DNA of 64,000 nt from Sarea resinae. Taxonomy: Eukaryota. The translations under genes were made by a program, and so were the position numbers. A model generated the notes under the pieces. It ran no database searches, was not told where the DNA came from, and was given only the letters and a program-made list of their open reading frames with translations. Where the stretch lies: positions 1 to 64,000 of the forward strand of contig JAPEUD010000002.1 in the NCBI GenBank assembly GCA_026026165.1, in the 5' to 3' direction. This document shows, piece by piece, positions 1 to 12,600 of this stretch. The first letter of the stretch is position 1. The number at the start of each line of letters is the position of its first letter.

Positions 1-296
1 CCAGCCAAATAGCTAAGATGCAACGCGGCCTGCAGTGCAGGCGAGCAGCGCCAGCGCAGCATAGAGGGTCAGAGGTAAGGCTAGGAGCACTAGAGGCAAT
101 GTTTTATCGCGTCTAACTAGTGGCAACCCTACTGCTGCAAGGCTACTTAGTTTAGGCCAGCCTGGCCGGCCAAATAGCTGACAGGCAGAGCGAGCGCGCG
201 GCGCACAGAGAGTTTTTTTCCTTCTAGACAATCTAGCAATCTTTTCTTCTAGACTGCCTAGAAGTTTGATCGTCGAACGGCGACATCGAGCGACGT

Positions 297-3200
297 CTAG
301 GCTCGCTCGAGCTCTCGCTAAAGGTGCAGGATCACTTTGATCATCACTACTATAGCGTTGCTGACCCACTCTCCCTACACCGGCCGGATGTGCCGTTGCC
401 TGAGCCACTTGCTGTATCCTTCGAGGTCGCCTCGCTGGCCGAGAAATCTGGCCCTGCTGATCAGCTCCTACCCTCTCGCGCTGGCTGCCGCGTCGGCTGC
501 AGCGGTGCGCACGATCGGCACCAGTCGATTCGGCCACTGACAGCTGGCCTGAGTGTCAACTCTGGTGCGGCAATACCGCTGACTGATGCCGCATCGAAAG
601 CAGCTGTGGGTCTTCTCCTCTGAGTCCTCTCAGAACCGGATTTTCTGTCAGAAGCTATTGACAGCCTGCTTGCTGAGCGCACCCCGCTGCAGGCATCGGT
701 GCCAGCTATGCTCCTACCGCTCTGCCTGCCTAGCCCCTTCCTTGAGCCCCTTAGCCACCTAGCAGACAGCGCACTGCCCTTCGAGCCAGTCGAGTGCCTG
801 CTCGACGACAGCCTGCTGCCGCTCCGCTTTGGCCTCGCAGGTCTGCCACTTGGTCAGGCCCTTGCCGCATCGATCGCACCGCGCCGCTGTGCCTTAGTCG
901 ACCTCGCCACACCGCACCCCCTTTCTGTCAAGGTAGCCGCTCATAATCTGCCGCCAGCAGCCCTAAGTGGTGATAAATTCCCACATCGCCTGCTGGTCGA
1001 CAGTACGCTCCACGACAGCCGCCGCTGTGAGCTGGCCGGCCTCTACAAGCACAACAGCATCCACGTCCTTGCCAGCGCGCCCGGCCCGGCCTGACTCCTG
1101 CGCGAAGTCGATCATGCTATACAGCACCCTGACGTGCAGCGTCATCAAGATCCCGCTGTAGTCGACCCTAGTGCTAAGCGCGCCAGTGGCGACAATCTAG
1201 CCCCCTTCAGACATCCACCGCCTAAGCTGGCGCTCCTTCTCCTCTAATGTCGAGTGATAGTGGCCGCACTGTAGAGTCTCAGCCAAGGCCTCGCACGCCG
1301 CCTGGGTTTGGCAGTAGATCACCCCTTTCCCTTGCCGCCGCAGTCGCTGCTGCAGCTGCTGTCGACAGAGGTGCGCCGCGCTCTCAAGCAGCTAGCTATC
1401 TTCGCACCGCACTACTAGATAGCGGGTGCGCGGCCAGATCGTGCGAGCGCGAATGCAGCGCGCCACTAGCATCAGCATGCTGTCAGCTAGCTCCCGCTCT
1501 AGAGCGGGCGGCAATGTCGCGGTCAGTAGTATTATCAGGCACATCATTGTCTGCAGATGCTTGAGATCGTTGAGCCGCGGCCGGTAATGGTTAGCTGTGA
1601 ACGTCAGGTGACACTCGTCCACGACGATCCGCTGCAGCAGACCGTGCCGCTGCAGCGCTGTGGCGTACGTCAAGAAACCCGACCCACTGGCAAGATCAGC
1701 GCTGACCACTACCACTGCAGCAAAGCTGCTATCGCTGTGCCTCTACTCGAGACCGTTAATGCCGACCCGCTGCAATTGGCCGACTAGATCGTTCACTAGG
1801 GCGCGGAACAGCACTACTACCACTGTCACTAGCGGCCCTTGCAGCCCTTTCTCCTGCCGCTGTTGCTTAAGCCAAGCTAGCAGCATAAACAGCAGGCTCT
1901 TCCTGCCTCTAGTAGGCAGCACTACTACAGTCGGCGTCTTATGTCGCAAGATCGCTTGCAATGCTATGCGCTGCTCTGCTGACTTGAACTCCACTCGACT
2001 TAACCCTAGCAATTGCTGCATGCTAGTAACAACCTCCTCTAAGTCGACGTTAATCTCTTGCCTCGAACTATTATCATCCTCTAGCAGCCGAAACCGCTTG
2101 CGGCAGCCACAGCCTATCACTAGAACTCTTGTTTCTTCTCTCTCCTCTTGCTCCTCCTCTAGCAGCTGCTCCTCCTCTGCTTCCTGCTTGCGCTTCGGCT
2201 TTCCCTTAAGCTCAGGCTAGGACTCGCTCTGCTGCGCTGCACTAGCTAGGCTGCTGCCACTATCAAGCTGTAGGAATGCGTGCCACGCCTGACTCACTCG
2301 GCCGAACGCGTCTAGAGAGCGCGCGCTGAGATTCCAGACAATATCCCTAGAAACGCCATATCGAATTTGCCTGATAGCAGTGGTGTGCCTGGTCTGCAGC
2401 TTGAGTTCGTCCTCCTGCTTAAGCTGCGGCTCCTCTATATCCTCGGCCTCGTCCCCACGATGCAGCGCTCGCCCCTTGCTGGCGGCGAATTCCTTGCCCA
2501 CGAATTTCCGGCCGATTGTGATCGCTACATGTCGATAGTCCTGCGTGGTCAGCCGACATTTCAACCGCGTGGACGTCTCGCGGCTAAGGACCCAGGTCAG
2601 CCGCTCTGTCGGCCACGGCTGCCCTTCAGCTGTGCCCCAGATAAATTCATTGTCAAGCCGCCCCCTAAGCTGACCGCGGTCTGCAGGTGGCTGTAGAACG
2701 GCTGCACGTAGGCTAGGTAGACGACTATGAGCTGGCCGACTCGCTACAGCAGGAAGCGCGGCACTACCTTCAGGGTATCGTACTAGGCCTAGCTCTTATA
2801 GTAGCGGGTCACTAGCACAACTGATCTATCCACTACATAGACATTGCGATCCTGCAGCAGGCTGTTGCGATGGCGCACCGACAACTCCTTAGTGCCGCGG
2901 CCAGGCTGGCCCCTAGTCACATAGCAGCTGAAGAGTAGCAGCTTAAGAAAGGCCTGCACGCGCCGGCAGTAGTCCCTGACCAGGCCTGGTTCCTAGCTGG
3001 TGCTGTCGCGCTGTCAGAGCGGTTTTTTGTCTTCCCTCCTTTCTTTCTTCTAGACTGTCCAGAAGTATTGAGCCGTGCAGGCGACGCGCGCCACTATCAA
3101 GGAGAGCCCCTGATCTAGCCGGTTCGCCAGATTGCTAAGGAAGGACTAATTCCGCTGCGTGAACGCTATGTTATCCTTGATGCCGGCTAGGTCGACAGTG

Positions 3201-4975
3201 AAGCAGTCGCCCAGTTCGCGGCACCACATCAGCTCAGGCTAGAGGATGGCCTTGGCGGCCTTGATCGCCTGGTGCGCTATCTGCCAGAAGTAGGCGATCA
3301 CGATCAGCTTGCTGCAGAAGCGCAGCGACTGAGCATCCTAGGCCTAGTTTGTCGTCGCTGTGCTCGGCTGCCGCCAGCCGATGTACTTAGCGTATGCAAG
3401 CAGGCTGATTATCGTGCTTATCAGGGTCAGCGAGCCGTCGGCTAGGAATATCTTGCGCTGCCCTAGGAAGCGCTTCTGCTCAGCCTGGCCCTGCCGCTCC
3501 TGCGCGGCCGCTGGCAGCAGCACCTCGACCCTAATCACCTGCATGCAGTAGACCACCCCGGCCAGCTAGTAGGAGTAGCTTGTCGCCGTGTGCAGCCGCT
3601 TAGTAAGGGGGTCGATGCTGAGCACAGCGAGGAAGTGGACCAGCGCGCTGTCAAAGGGGTCTACTAGTAGTGGGTCAAAGATAAGCGCCTGCAAGAAGGC
3701 CAGCACTTGGTCGACCTGCAGGGCCTTGTCGCTATCAAGCTCGAGCGACTCCTAGACAGCCTGCAAGCGCTTGTTCTGCTCCGCTGTCAGATGCAGCAAT
3801 TCGTCGGCATCCTTCAGCCGCGCGTCAGGTGCGTGGGCGGCAAAGGTGCGGTGGGCGAAGACGCGCAGGCAATAGCAGATCAGACGCGCCTAATAGTTAG
3901 CATAGCGCACCTGAGCCTCCGCGGTCTGCAGCCGACCTAATGGCTTCAGGTGCACCTCGGTGCGCTTCTCGCTGCGCAGCCAGCGGCAGAGCTCGAGCGG
4001 TAAGGTAGCTAGCCTAGCCACGCAGCGCTCGATCATCAGTCAGGTGACCTTGGCGGCCTGGCTAAGGATCCGGTCTAAATCCTGCCGCTGCCGCTGCCGC
4101 CGCGGCCGCCTAAGTCGCTGGTTAGAGAGCTCGCTAGCGTAGAGAAGGTGAGCCATATTCTGGCGGCGCAGGTGGGCCAGCCAGCTGGTGCGACTGAACC
4201 AGCTAGTGCGATCAGTCTTCTGCACCTTGCTCTTAGTCAGGGCCTGACTCTGCTTGTGCGCGGCCTGCTGAGCATCGAACTCGCGCTGGATCTGACTAGC
4301 TAGGTTGTTAGAGGCTGCTTCGCCTAGCCGATCATCATTGTAGCTCCTCTCTGCGTGCTCCTTTTCCGCTGGCCGCACCAGAAAATATCGCTGCAGCCCG
4401 CTAGTGAAGAAGGTCTGCACTAGAACCGGCTGCCAATTTAGCGAGTCCTCTTCTTCTTCTTCCTCCTCTCAATCAGCGGACTAGGCGTGCTGCTTATTGC
4501 TGTGCTTCTGCATGATCTAGCGATTCGCCGTGCTAAAACTACAGTCTCAACAGGTAAAGCCGTCGGTGGGTGCCCCTAGAGCAGGAAATGCAGGGCAATT
4601 CGGCGGTGGCAAAGGCACAGCATGCGGATCAAGTAGGCTGCAGCCTTAATACTGCGCTCTAAGCAGACGTCGCTCCTTAGCCAGCATTGCATGACTGTCC
4701 TTTAAGTGGCGGTCTATATTTCGAAGGGCGTAGCCATGTTGACAGCAGATTAGGACCTGATAGTTTAGCTTATAGTGGAATAATAACGATCGCGATCCTA
4801 ATCTTAATCTTGATCTGGATCCTAATCTCTCTTGCTGCTCCTCTTGCTCCTCTTGCTCCTCTTGCTCCTCTTGCTGCTCTTGTTGCTCTTGTTCTTGCGC
4901 CGCCTGCTGCGGCTGCCGCTGCCAGTCATCAAGGGCGGCGGCGGCGCCGCTGCAGGCGAAGTGCGCAGTTAGCAT
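297..4975 (-). pseudogene. DUF3505-like + tyrosine-recombinase-like + RecQ (SF2) helicase + Cys-rich C-terminus, telomere-linked-helicase-like
   Basis: Motifs seen: YQVLICCQHGYAL..IDRHLKDSH and VQTFFTSGLQRYF (DUF3505-like); LPT(G)G(G)KSLLFML (motif I), RIVVDECHL (DExH), LLTATLPP, ATGAL(G)T(G)VD and FAQESGRAGRAG (motif VI); then Cys-rich segments. Many TAG/TAA stops revert to CAG/TGG/CAA. There are 1-bp frameshifts near 2660 (copy A2 has the extra base) and near 920. Confidence 0.85.
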
Positions 4976-5102
4976 GCCTTGGCTCACTGTAATAACCACC
5001 TCGATCCTCCTCCTTCAACCCTAAGTGACGCTCAAACTCTCCTGGTAGATTTCGCCAGCCAGGCTAGCTAAATGGCTAGCAGGCTAGGCAGGCGCAGTGT
5101 AC

Positions 5103-5141
5103 ATATATATAGAGAGCTTTTTCTTCTAGACTGTCCAGAAG
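5103..5141 (-). promoter_or_regulatory. Putative promoter: palindrome CTTCT(A/G)GACnGTC(C/T)AGAAG followed by a TATATATA box
   Basis: Palindrome at 5123-5141 and a TATA-like run at 5103-5111, about 130 bp upstream of the ATG at 4975. The same arrangement recurs at 8090-8130. Confidence 0.45.
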
Positions 5142-5562
5142 TTTTTTAAAATCTTTAAACAGCGGCTAGTAGATCAGACGCAAGCAAGCCTTCTCCTTTC
5201 CTTAGAGCGCTGCGCAGGCGCTAGGGGCGAAGTGCGCTGTTAGTCTGCCTTAGCTAGCTGCAATCACCTCTCGATATACCTCGAACCCTAAGTAACCCTA
5301 AGGGACAGGGCAACCCTAAGGGTGGGAAATCGACGCTAGCAGGCTAGCGATCGAACGAACAGAGGGCAGGCGCGCAGGCAAGGATTAAGGCAGCTATTAA
5401 GGTAGTCAGGTCGGTGGGCAGAGGGCGCTTTTTAACAGGCGCGAAAACACCGTCGCAAAAACACTGTCGATTCTCGCTTAGGGCTCGCTTCGATGCCTTA
5501 AAGAGGCGAAGATCGGCGAAAATCGACGAGAAGACAGTGTCTTTAGCCGCTGCAATGCGGTT

Positions 5563-8548
5563 AGGTTAGTTACTCTATTAGCTATAGCTGCTCTTTAGCT
5601 ATACCTTAGATAAATTTATTGTTAAGCCTACTCTCTAAGCTAACTATAGTCTGTAGGTAGCTATAGAAGAGCTATATATAGGCTAGGTAGATAACTATAA
5701 GCTAGCTAACTTACTAGAGTAAGAAGTGTAGCACTACCTTTAGAGTGTTATACTAGGCTTAGCTCTTATAGTAGTAAGTTACTAGTATAACTAATCTATC
5801 TACTATATAGACATTGTAATCCTATAGCAGGCTGTTATAATAGCGTACTAATAACTCTTTTATACTGTAGCTAGGCTAGCCTCTTATTATATAGCAGCTA
5901 AAGAGAAGCAGCTTAAGAAAAGCCTATATATACTAGTAGTAGTCCTTAACTAGGCCTAGTTTTTAGCTAGTGCTATTGTGTTATTAGAGCAGTTTCTTAT
6001 CTTCTTTTCTCTTTTCTTTCTTCTAGACTATCTAGAAGTATAAGGTAGTGTAAGCGACTTGCGCTACTATAGAGAAGAGCCTCTAATTAAGCTAGTTAGC
6101 TAGGTTACTAAAGAAGGACTAATTCTACTATATAAAGGCTATATTATCCTTAATACTAGCTAGGTTAATAGTAAAGCAGTTGCTTAGTTAGTAGCACTAT
6201 ATTAGCTTAGGCTAGAGAATAGCCTTAGTAGCCTTAATTATCTAGTGCGCTATCTACTAGAAGTAAGCGATTATAATTAGCTTATTATAGAAGTGTAATA
6301 ACTAAGTATTATTAGCCTAGCTTGTTATAGCTATACTTAGCTACTATATACTAATATACTTAGTGTATATAAGTAGGCTAATTATTATGCTTATTAGGCT
6401 TAGCAAGCTATTAGTAAAGAATCTCTTATACTAGGCTAAGAAGCACTTCTACTTAGCTAGGCCTTACTACTACTATACTGCTGCTAGTAGAAGCGCCTTA
6501 GCTCTAATCACTTATATATAGTAGACTACTCTAGCTAGCTAGTAAGAGTAGTGTGTTACTATATATAGCTAATTAGTAAGAGAGTTAATACTAAGTATAG
6601 TAAGAAAGTAGATTAGCGCGCTATTAAAAGAGTCTACTAGTAGTAGTAGGTAAAAGATTAGCGCTTATAAGAAGGTAAAGACTTAGTTAACCTATAAAGA
6701 CTTATTGCTATCTAGCTTAAGCAACTTCTAGATAGCCTGCAAGCGCTTATTCTACTTTGCTATTAGATGCAGTAATTTATTAGCATCTTTTAGCTATATA
6801 TCTACTGTATTATTATTGTTAGCTATAGTAAAGGTGTAGTAAGTAAAGATATATAAGTAGTAGCAGATTAGACACGCCTAATAGTTAGTATAGTGTACTT
6901 AGGCCTTAGCGCTCTATAGCTAACCTAATAGCTTTAGATACACTTTAGTCTACTTCTTACTACACAACTAGTAGCAGAGCTTATATAGTAAGGTAGCTAG
7001 CCTAGCTACACAGCGCTTAATTATTAGTTAGGTAACCTTAGCTACTTAGCTTAAGATACAGTTAAAATCTTACTCTTACCTCTACCTCTACTCTTATTAC
7101 TAGCGCTGCTACTACTTAAGTTACTAGGTTAAGAGCTTACTAGTATAGAGAAGATAGGCTATATTCTAACAGTATAGGTAGGTTAGCTAGCTAGTGCAAC
7201 TAAACTAGCCTGTCTAATTAGTCTTCTACACTTTACTCTTAATTAGAGCCTAACTCTACTTATACACAGCTTACTAAGTATTAAACTCACACTAGATCTA
7301 ACTTGCTAGGTTATTAGAGGCTACTTTACCTAGTTAATTATTATTATAGCTCTTCTCTATATACCTCTTTTCTGCTAGCTAGACTAGAAAGTATTGCTAT
7401 AGCCTACTAGTAAAGAAAGTCTATACTAGAACTAGCTGCTAATTTAGCAAGTCTTTTTCTTCTTCTTTCTCTTCTTTCTCTTAATTAGTAGACTAGGTAT
7501 GTTGCTTATTACTATGCTTCTATATAATCTAGCGATTTACTATGCTAAAACTATAGTCTTAATAGGTAAAGCTGTTAGTAGGTGCCTCTAGAGCAGGAAA
7601 TACAGGGTAATTTAGTAGTAGTAAAGGTATAGCATATAGATTAAGTAGGCTGTAGCCTTAATACTACACTCTAAGCAAATATTGCTTTTTAGCTAGCATT
7701 ATATAACTGTCCTTTAAGTAGCAGTCTATATTTTAAAGAGTGTAGCTATATTAACAGCAGATTAGAACCTAATAGTTTAGCTTATAGTAGAATAATAACA
7801 ATTATAATCCTAATCTTAATCTTAATCTTAACTCTAATCTCTTTTACTACTTCTCTTACTTCTCTTACTACTCCTATTGCTTTTATTCTTACACTACTTG
7901 CTGCTACTACTACTACTAGTTATTAAGAGTAGTAGTAGCGCTATAAGTAAAGTGTGTAGTTAGTATACCTTAGCTTATTATAATAAACCTCTTAATTCTC
8001 TTTCTTTAACTCTAAGTAATACTTAAACTCTCTTAGTAGATTTTACTAGCTAGGCTAGCTAAATAGCTAGTAGGCTAGGTAGGTGCAATATATATATATA
8101 GAGAGCTTTTTCTTCTAGACTGTCTAGAAGTTTAATCTTTAAAAGGCTACTAGATTAGATATAAGCAAGCCTTCTTCTTTCTTTTAAGCGTTATATAAAA
8201 GGCGCTAGAGGTAAAGTGCGTTGTTAGTCTGCCTTAGCTAGCTGCAATCACCTCTTAATACCTCTAACTCTAAGTAACTCTAAGAGATAGAGCAACTCTA
8301 AGGGTAGGAAATTAACGCTAGCAGGCTAGCAATTAAACAAATAAAGAGTAAGCGTGTAGGTAAAGATTAAGGCAGCTATTAAAGTAGTTAGGTTAGTAGG
8401 TAAAGAGCGCTTTTTAATAAGTGTAAAAACACTGTTATAAAAACACTGTTAATTCTTGCTTAGAGCTTGCTTTAATACTTTAAAGAGGTAAAGATTAGCA
8501 AGAATCAACTAAGAAAATAGTGTCTTTAGCTGCTGCAATATAGTTAGG
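5563..8548 (-). mobile_element. Copy A2 of the same element, very heavily RIP-mutated, left-truncated by copy A1
   Basis: Colinear with 2595-5565. Differences are overwhelmingly C>T/G>A, with extreme TpA enrichment and almost no CpG or CpA. Confidence 0.85.
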
Positions 8549-9163
8549 CTTACTTTAGAACTATATTACCTAGTCGCTCTTCTCTTATATAATTATAGCA
8601 CTAGTTAGGTGCTATATCCTAATGTATTTGCTGTACACTAGCAAGCTAATTATTATACTTACTAGGCTATATAATCTGTTAGCTAGATATTGCTTGTGTT
8701 AAATAAGAAACAGCTTATATATAGCAGCCTTTTACTATTTATATTTATAGGCTAGTAGTAATACCTTAGCCCTAATAACCTAAGTATAATACACTATACT
8801 AGCTAGTAGATATAAGAAGTCTACTATAGGATAAAGCTAAATTATCTCTATATTAATTGCTAGTATAGAAAGAAAGTGTATAATTACACTGTTAAATTTA
8901 TAGGTAGGAAGTAGAGTGTAGATAAGCAATTAAAAGAAGTTAAACACTATCTTTACCTAGTGCTCTTTCTTCTTTAACTCTAATGCATCCTATATATACC
9001 TTAACTTCTCTTCTTACACTAATATTAGATATAGTAGTTTAGTTATATCCTAGAGCTCCTTATTAATCTCTGCTAATATAAGAGTCTTAGAGGCCTTAAG
9101 TACCTTAAGTGCCTCTAATACTAGTGTTACTAATACCTGTATCCTTGCTAGCGTCCTTACTAG
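8549..9163 (-). pseudogene. Downstream fragment of a diverged paralogous DUF3505/helicase-family ORF (element B), heavily RIP-mutated
   Basis: The translation FNSVIIHFLSILAIN...LLASIVYYT.VIRAKVLL...QYLANRLYSLVSIIISLLVYSKYI parallels FDSALVHFLAVLSID...LAGVVYCMQVIRVEVLL...IFLADGSLTLISTIISLLAYAKYI in copy A1. Confidence 0.7.
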
Positions 9164-9553
9164 TGTAAGGGATCAAACTAGATCGCACTAGATAAGTGCT
9201 AGACAGTCCTAAAGATGCAGGAACCGCCGAATCGTAATGGCGCTGCTATGCTCAATAGTTGTCGAGTGTGTCACTGTCTTAGGTCTCGCTGCTAATATGT
9301 CTCAGAGAACTCGAATAGGCAGCAGAACAAGCGTATCGATTAATATAAGCTATCAGCCTGTAGCCTAGTAACTGAGTAACAAGAAGAAGAGAAGAAAACT
9401 GACGCGCTAACTGCTTGCTTAACTGAATGCCAGAAAACTGATAGCTGAATGCGTGCATAAAGAACTAATGATGCCCCCTTTCTGAACCCCTAAGGAACAC
9501 AACCCCACCACCAATACCTGATGACTAAGCTGTTGCTGGTTTACCCTATCACA
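9164..9553 (-). repeat. 3' LTR (390 bp)
   Basis: tgtaagggatcaaac...ccctatcaca, near-identical to 20693-21082. Confidence 0.95.
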
Positions 9554-9564
9554 TCTGTCCCCCC
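9554..9564 (-). other. Polypurine tract
   Basis: Minus strand AGGGGGACAGA abuts the 3' LTR. Confidence 0.7.
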
Positions 9565-9646
9565 TACAAGAGGAAGTTGGCCTATAACTTCTAAAAAGAA
9601 AAAGAAGATGCTTGACTAAAAGAGAGTGTAGACAGGCATGCTATTA

Positions 9647-12600
9647 TCACAGGTTCCCCCTGCGTTTCCTAGTCGAGCGGCGAGGAGATAGATCTGTTGC
9701 TTGCCCGCGTGATTGTAGTAGTTCACCTATTGTAAGATTGCTAGAATCCCCTCTAAAGGGATTCAGCTGCGGCGAGGTTCGATTGCGAGCAGATTGTCGT
9801 GGCTAGGCTGCTGAATAGTGCGATCTATCGTCAGAACTTGACTCTTAGTAGTGGCTCCCCCCTTCAGGAGTAGCCATTTCTGTCGGCGCCAGCGGATCTT
9901 CTATGCTGGGTGCGGGTGGTTCCCTTGTGCTTAGAGCAGAGGACTTAGGGTGAACGATTGCTGACAGAGCTGCAGAGGTACGTTGTTTCTTTAGTTGGCG
10001 AGGCAGGAACAGGCCTTTGGCTTTGCGCTTGTCAGGCTAGGGGGTGCTGGTCAGGCCAGAAGATATCGGGCTGATTGTGCCGAGCCTAGGCTCTAGGGTG
10101 GTTTGCCTAACTTCGGCCTCTAGTGATGACTTAATATCTAGTTGAGTGGGAAATTTTTGTCTGGCTAGGCTAGAAGATATCTCAAAGAGATCGTCATCGT
10201 TGTCGTCCTTAGAGAGCTGTGGATCGCTGTCATCGTCTTCTACTAACACATCATGCTCCTTCAAATACCAATAGGACTTTTCTCTGTATAATCGCTGCTT
10301 AGCTCTCTTAAACACTGCAAATGCCGCCTTGTATTTCGTGATTGCACGACGTCTCTACTTGGCTATAAAGAGCTTAGTGGCATCTGCATCTAGTCTGAAG
10401 AGGATCACTTGTTGTTCTATAACCTTTGGATCGTTGTAGCGGCGTCGCCTAACAAGTGCATCCGAAATGGCACTGAGCCTTGTAAGAGAGACCGCTGCGC
10501 TGAATTTGCCTAGAACTTAGCTGTGTATGTTTGGGTGCCCTGACAGGCTATTTAGCAGAGGAACAAGGTCACGATGTGACACTAAGAGCTGATCCCAGGT
10601 GCCTGAGCCTGACATTTCTAGCGTCCGATAGTCCTTTTTGATTGCCACCTTCTAAAGGTAGACAACATTGCGCTTAGAGGTCGGTTTCTTTGTCGCACTG
10701 TGGATAATCCAAGGATCACTGAATCTGAGCCCAAGTTTAGGCACAGGACAAGGTGTCTCAGTGATTCCAAAATTGTCTTCGTCCTCTGCCGTCAGCCAAT
10801 TTCTGTCTATCTGAGTGACACGACTATTGTGTTTGTAGAGCCTTGAATTGCGCTCTTTCACCCCTGCGGCCCAGTCACCAAAGATCTTATGCTATCTGAG
10901 ATGCATACAGATGCAGTTGTTGTTGTCCTTGTGACTGAATGCAACTGCGCTTTGCACTATATTGATGCTAGTACTGTCCTCTGCTATTTTGCAGACATTT
11001 TAGTCTAAATAGTAAAACCCTGTTTTATCCCCTAGTGATAACGACTTAGTATAGTAAGGGTAGGATATCAGGCGTTTCTCTTAGTCAGGCCAGAAGTAAA
11101 CAGTTAACAAGTAGTGAAGCGGATCTTGATTTAGTAGCTGTTAGATAATAGAGTAGAACATGATGCGCACCTAGCCTAGATTTTCGTTGCTGTTTGCTTG
11201 TCGTTAGTGGTATTTGTAGACCGAAAATTCCTTGGCAATAGAACCTTCTATGTCTGTGTCCTGCACGATCCAGCTATATGCGTCTTTAACGATCGTGGAT
11301 CTGTCCTAGTCCTATTCTGTCTGTTTCCTAGCACTAAGGAGTTTGTGAACGTATGCAAAGTCCGCCTTAATAGCTTGATCTAGCTCTTCCGCCTTCAATC
11401 GATACAATCCCCTGGCATCCGCCGGCCGCTCTAGTCGCGCTTTCTTAATGAACCATTGATAAGTTTCTTTCTAGAATCTGAAATCTGACAGATCTGCTAG
11501 TCAGGCTAGGAGTTATCAGTAGCGGTCTGCTAACTCTTCATCTGCTAGATTATTCTTGAGACCCAGTCGTGAAGCCATGGCTCTGGTATGGTTCTAGCAT
11601 AGTGTTCTGACTAGAGAGTCCCCTCGCGTGAGTCTCTCCTAAGTCTGAAGAATTTGCAATGCTGCCTTATTAGTAGCCAACTTTTTGCTTGTTATTGAGT
11701 CAATAAAATGTTCAGGCATTGGGTTAGAACAGGTGCAGCCTTTCACGACCAGTCTGTCGGCTGGCTTAACGTCTGTGTTATCCTCTAGTTTCTTATAGCT
11801 AGGCTAGGAGATAGGTAGCGCAGGCGGCAAATCTCTGGCTTGTCTGAATTCTGCTTTATCTATAGCAGTCTTCTTAGCAACTAGTCCTTCAATCAGCTCT
11901 TCACTGTCCCTTGTCCATGAACTATAGTCAGATTAGTCATCTGCAGGATCATTTTGTGCCGGAGCCCTTTTTGCAGTGTTCTCTCTCTTAGTACAGTACT
12001 TTAGGATGTTGCGCGGTCTAGTCTATACTGGGTCCGCCAGACGCAGAATTCTATTGACGTCAATTATGCCCCCAACCTTGACGAGATCTTCTGTTGTAAA
12101 CTGAAATAGCTTTAGTGTTGTTCCCTTTTGAAGTTGCTTCGCTGCCTTAGCTAGTCGCTCCTAATCCCCTGAGGTTTGCTCGACGACTTTCTTAGAAAGG
12201 CCTTGTTTGCCTGTCCCTAGAAGTCTCTTCATAGCCTCTCTGTTCGCTAGTTCTATCGCTTTAGCAAATCTGTACCAGGCTGCAATCGCTTTCATTTGAT
12301 CCACATGATTTCGCGACATCTTAGCGTGCAATACACAGACAGCCTGATTGTATCCCTATTCGTTTTCTATTTTCTTGCGTCCTTTAGCAATGCGCTTATT
12401 CTTGTCTCGATATTCTTTGGCCAGCGCCTGCATCTGCAGGGATGCGGCGGACAGATAGTCACAAACATATGCAGCGAGGACAGGGTCTCTAGCCAATTCG
12501 GTCTCGTTCTACTTGTAAAGCTATAAATGTCAGTCATAGTATTTAGACATTTCGTCTGTAAAGGATTTATAAAAGGTAACCTTTGCAGCAGCGTCAGTAA

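Larger units (their letters stand above)
1..5565 (-). mobile_element. TLH-like DUF3505/recombinase/RecQ element, copy A1 (moderately RIP-mutated; left end probably outside the window)
   Basis: 2595-5565 aligns colinearly with 5563-8548. Both copies stop at the same motif (gctgcaat(g/a)(c/t)(g/a)gttagg), which defines an element end. It contains one long decayed ORF. Confidence 0.75.

Noticed and set aside
324..4992. Plus-strand ORFs over the helicase element
   Set aside because: Antisense shadows of a GC-rich minus-strand gene with no recognisable motifs.
5284..5322. Interstitial telomere repeats (aaccctaag x3)
   Set aside because: The units are not tandem CCCTAA hexamers and could be RIP products of aaccccgag or aaccctgag. 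Too weak to call.
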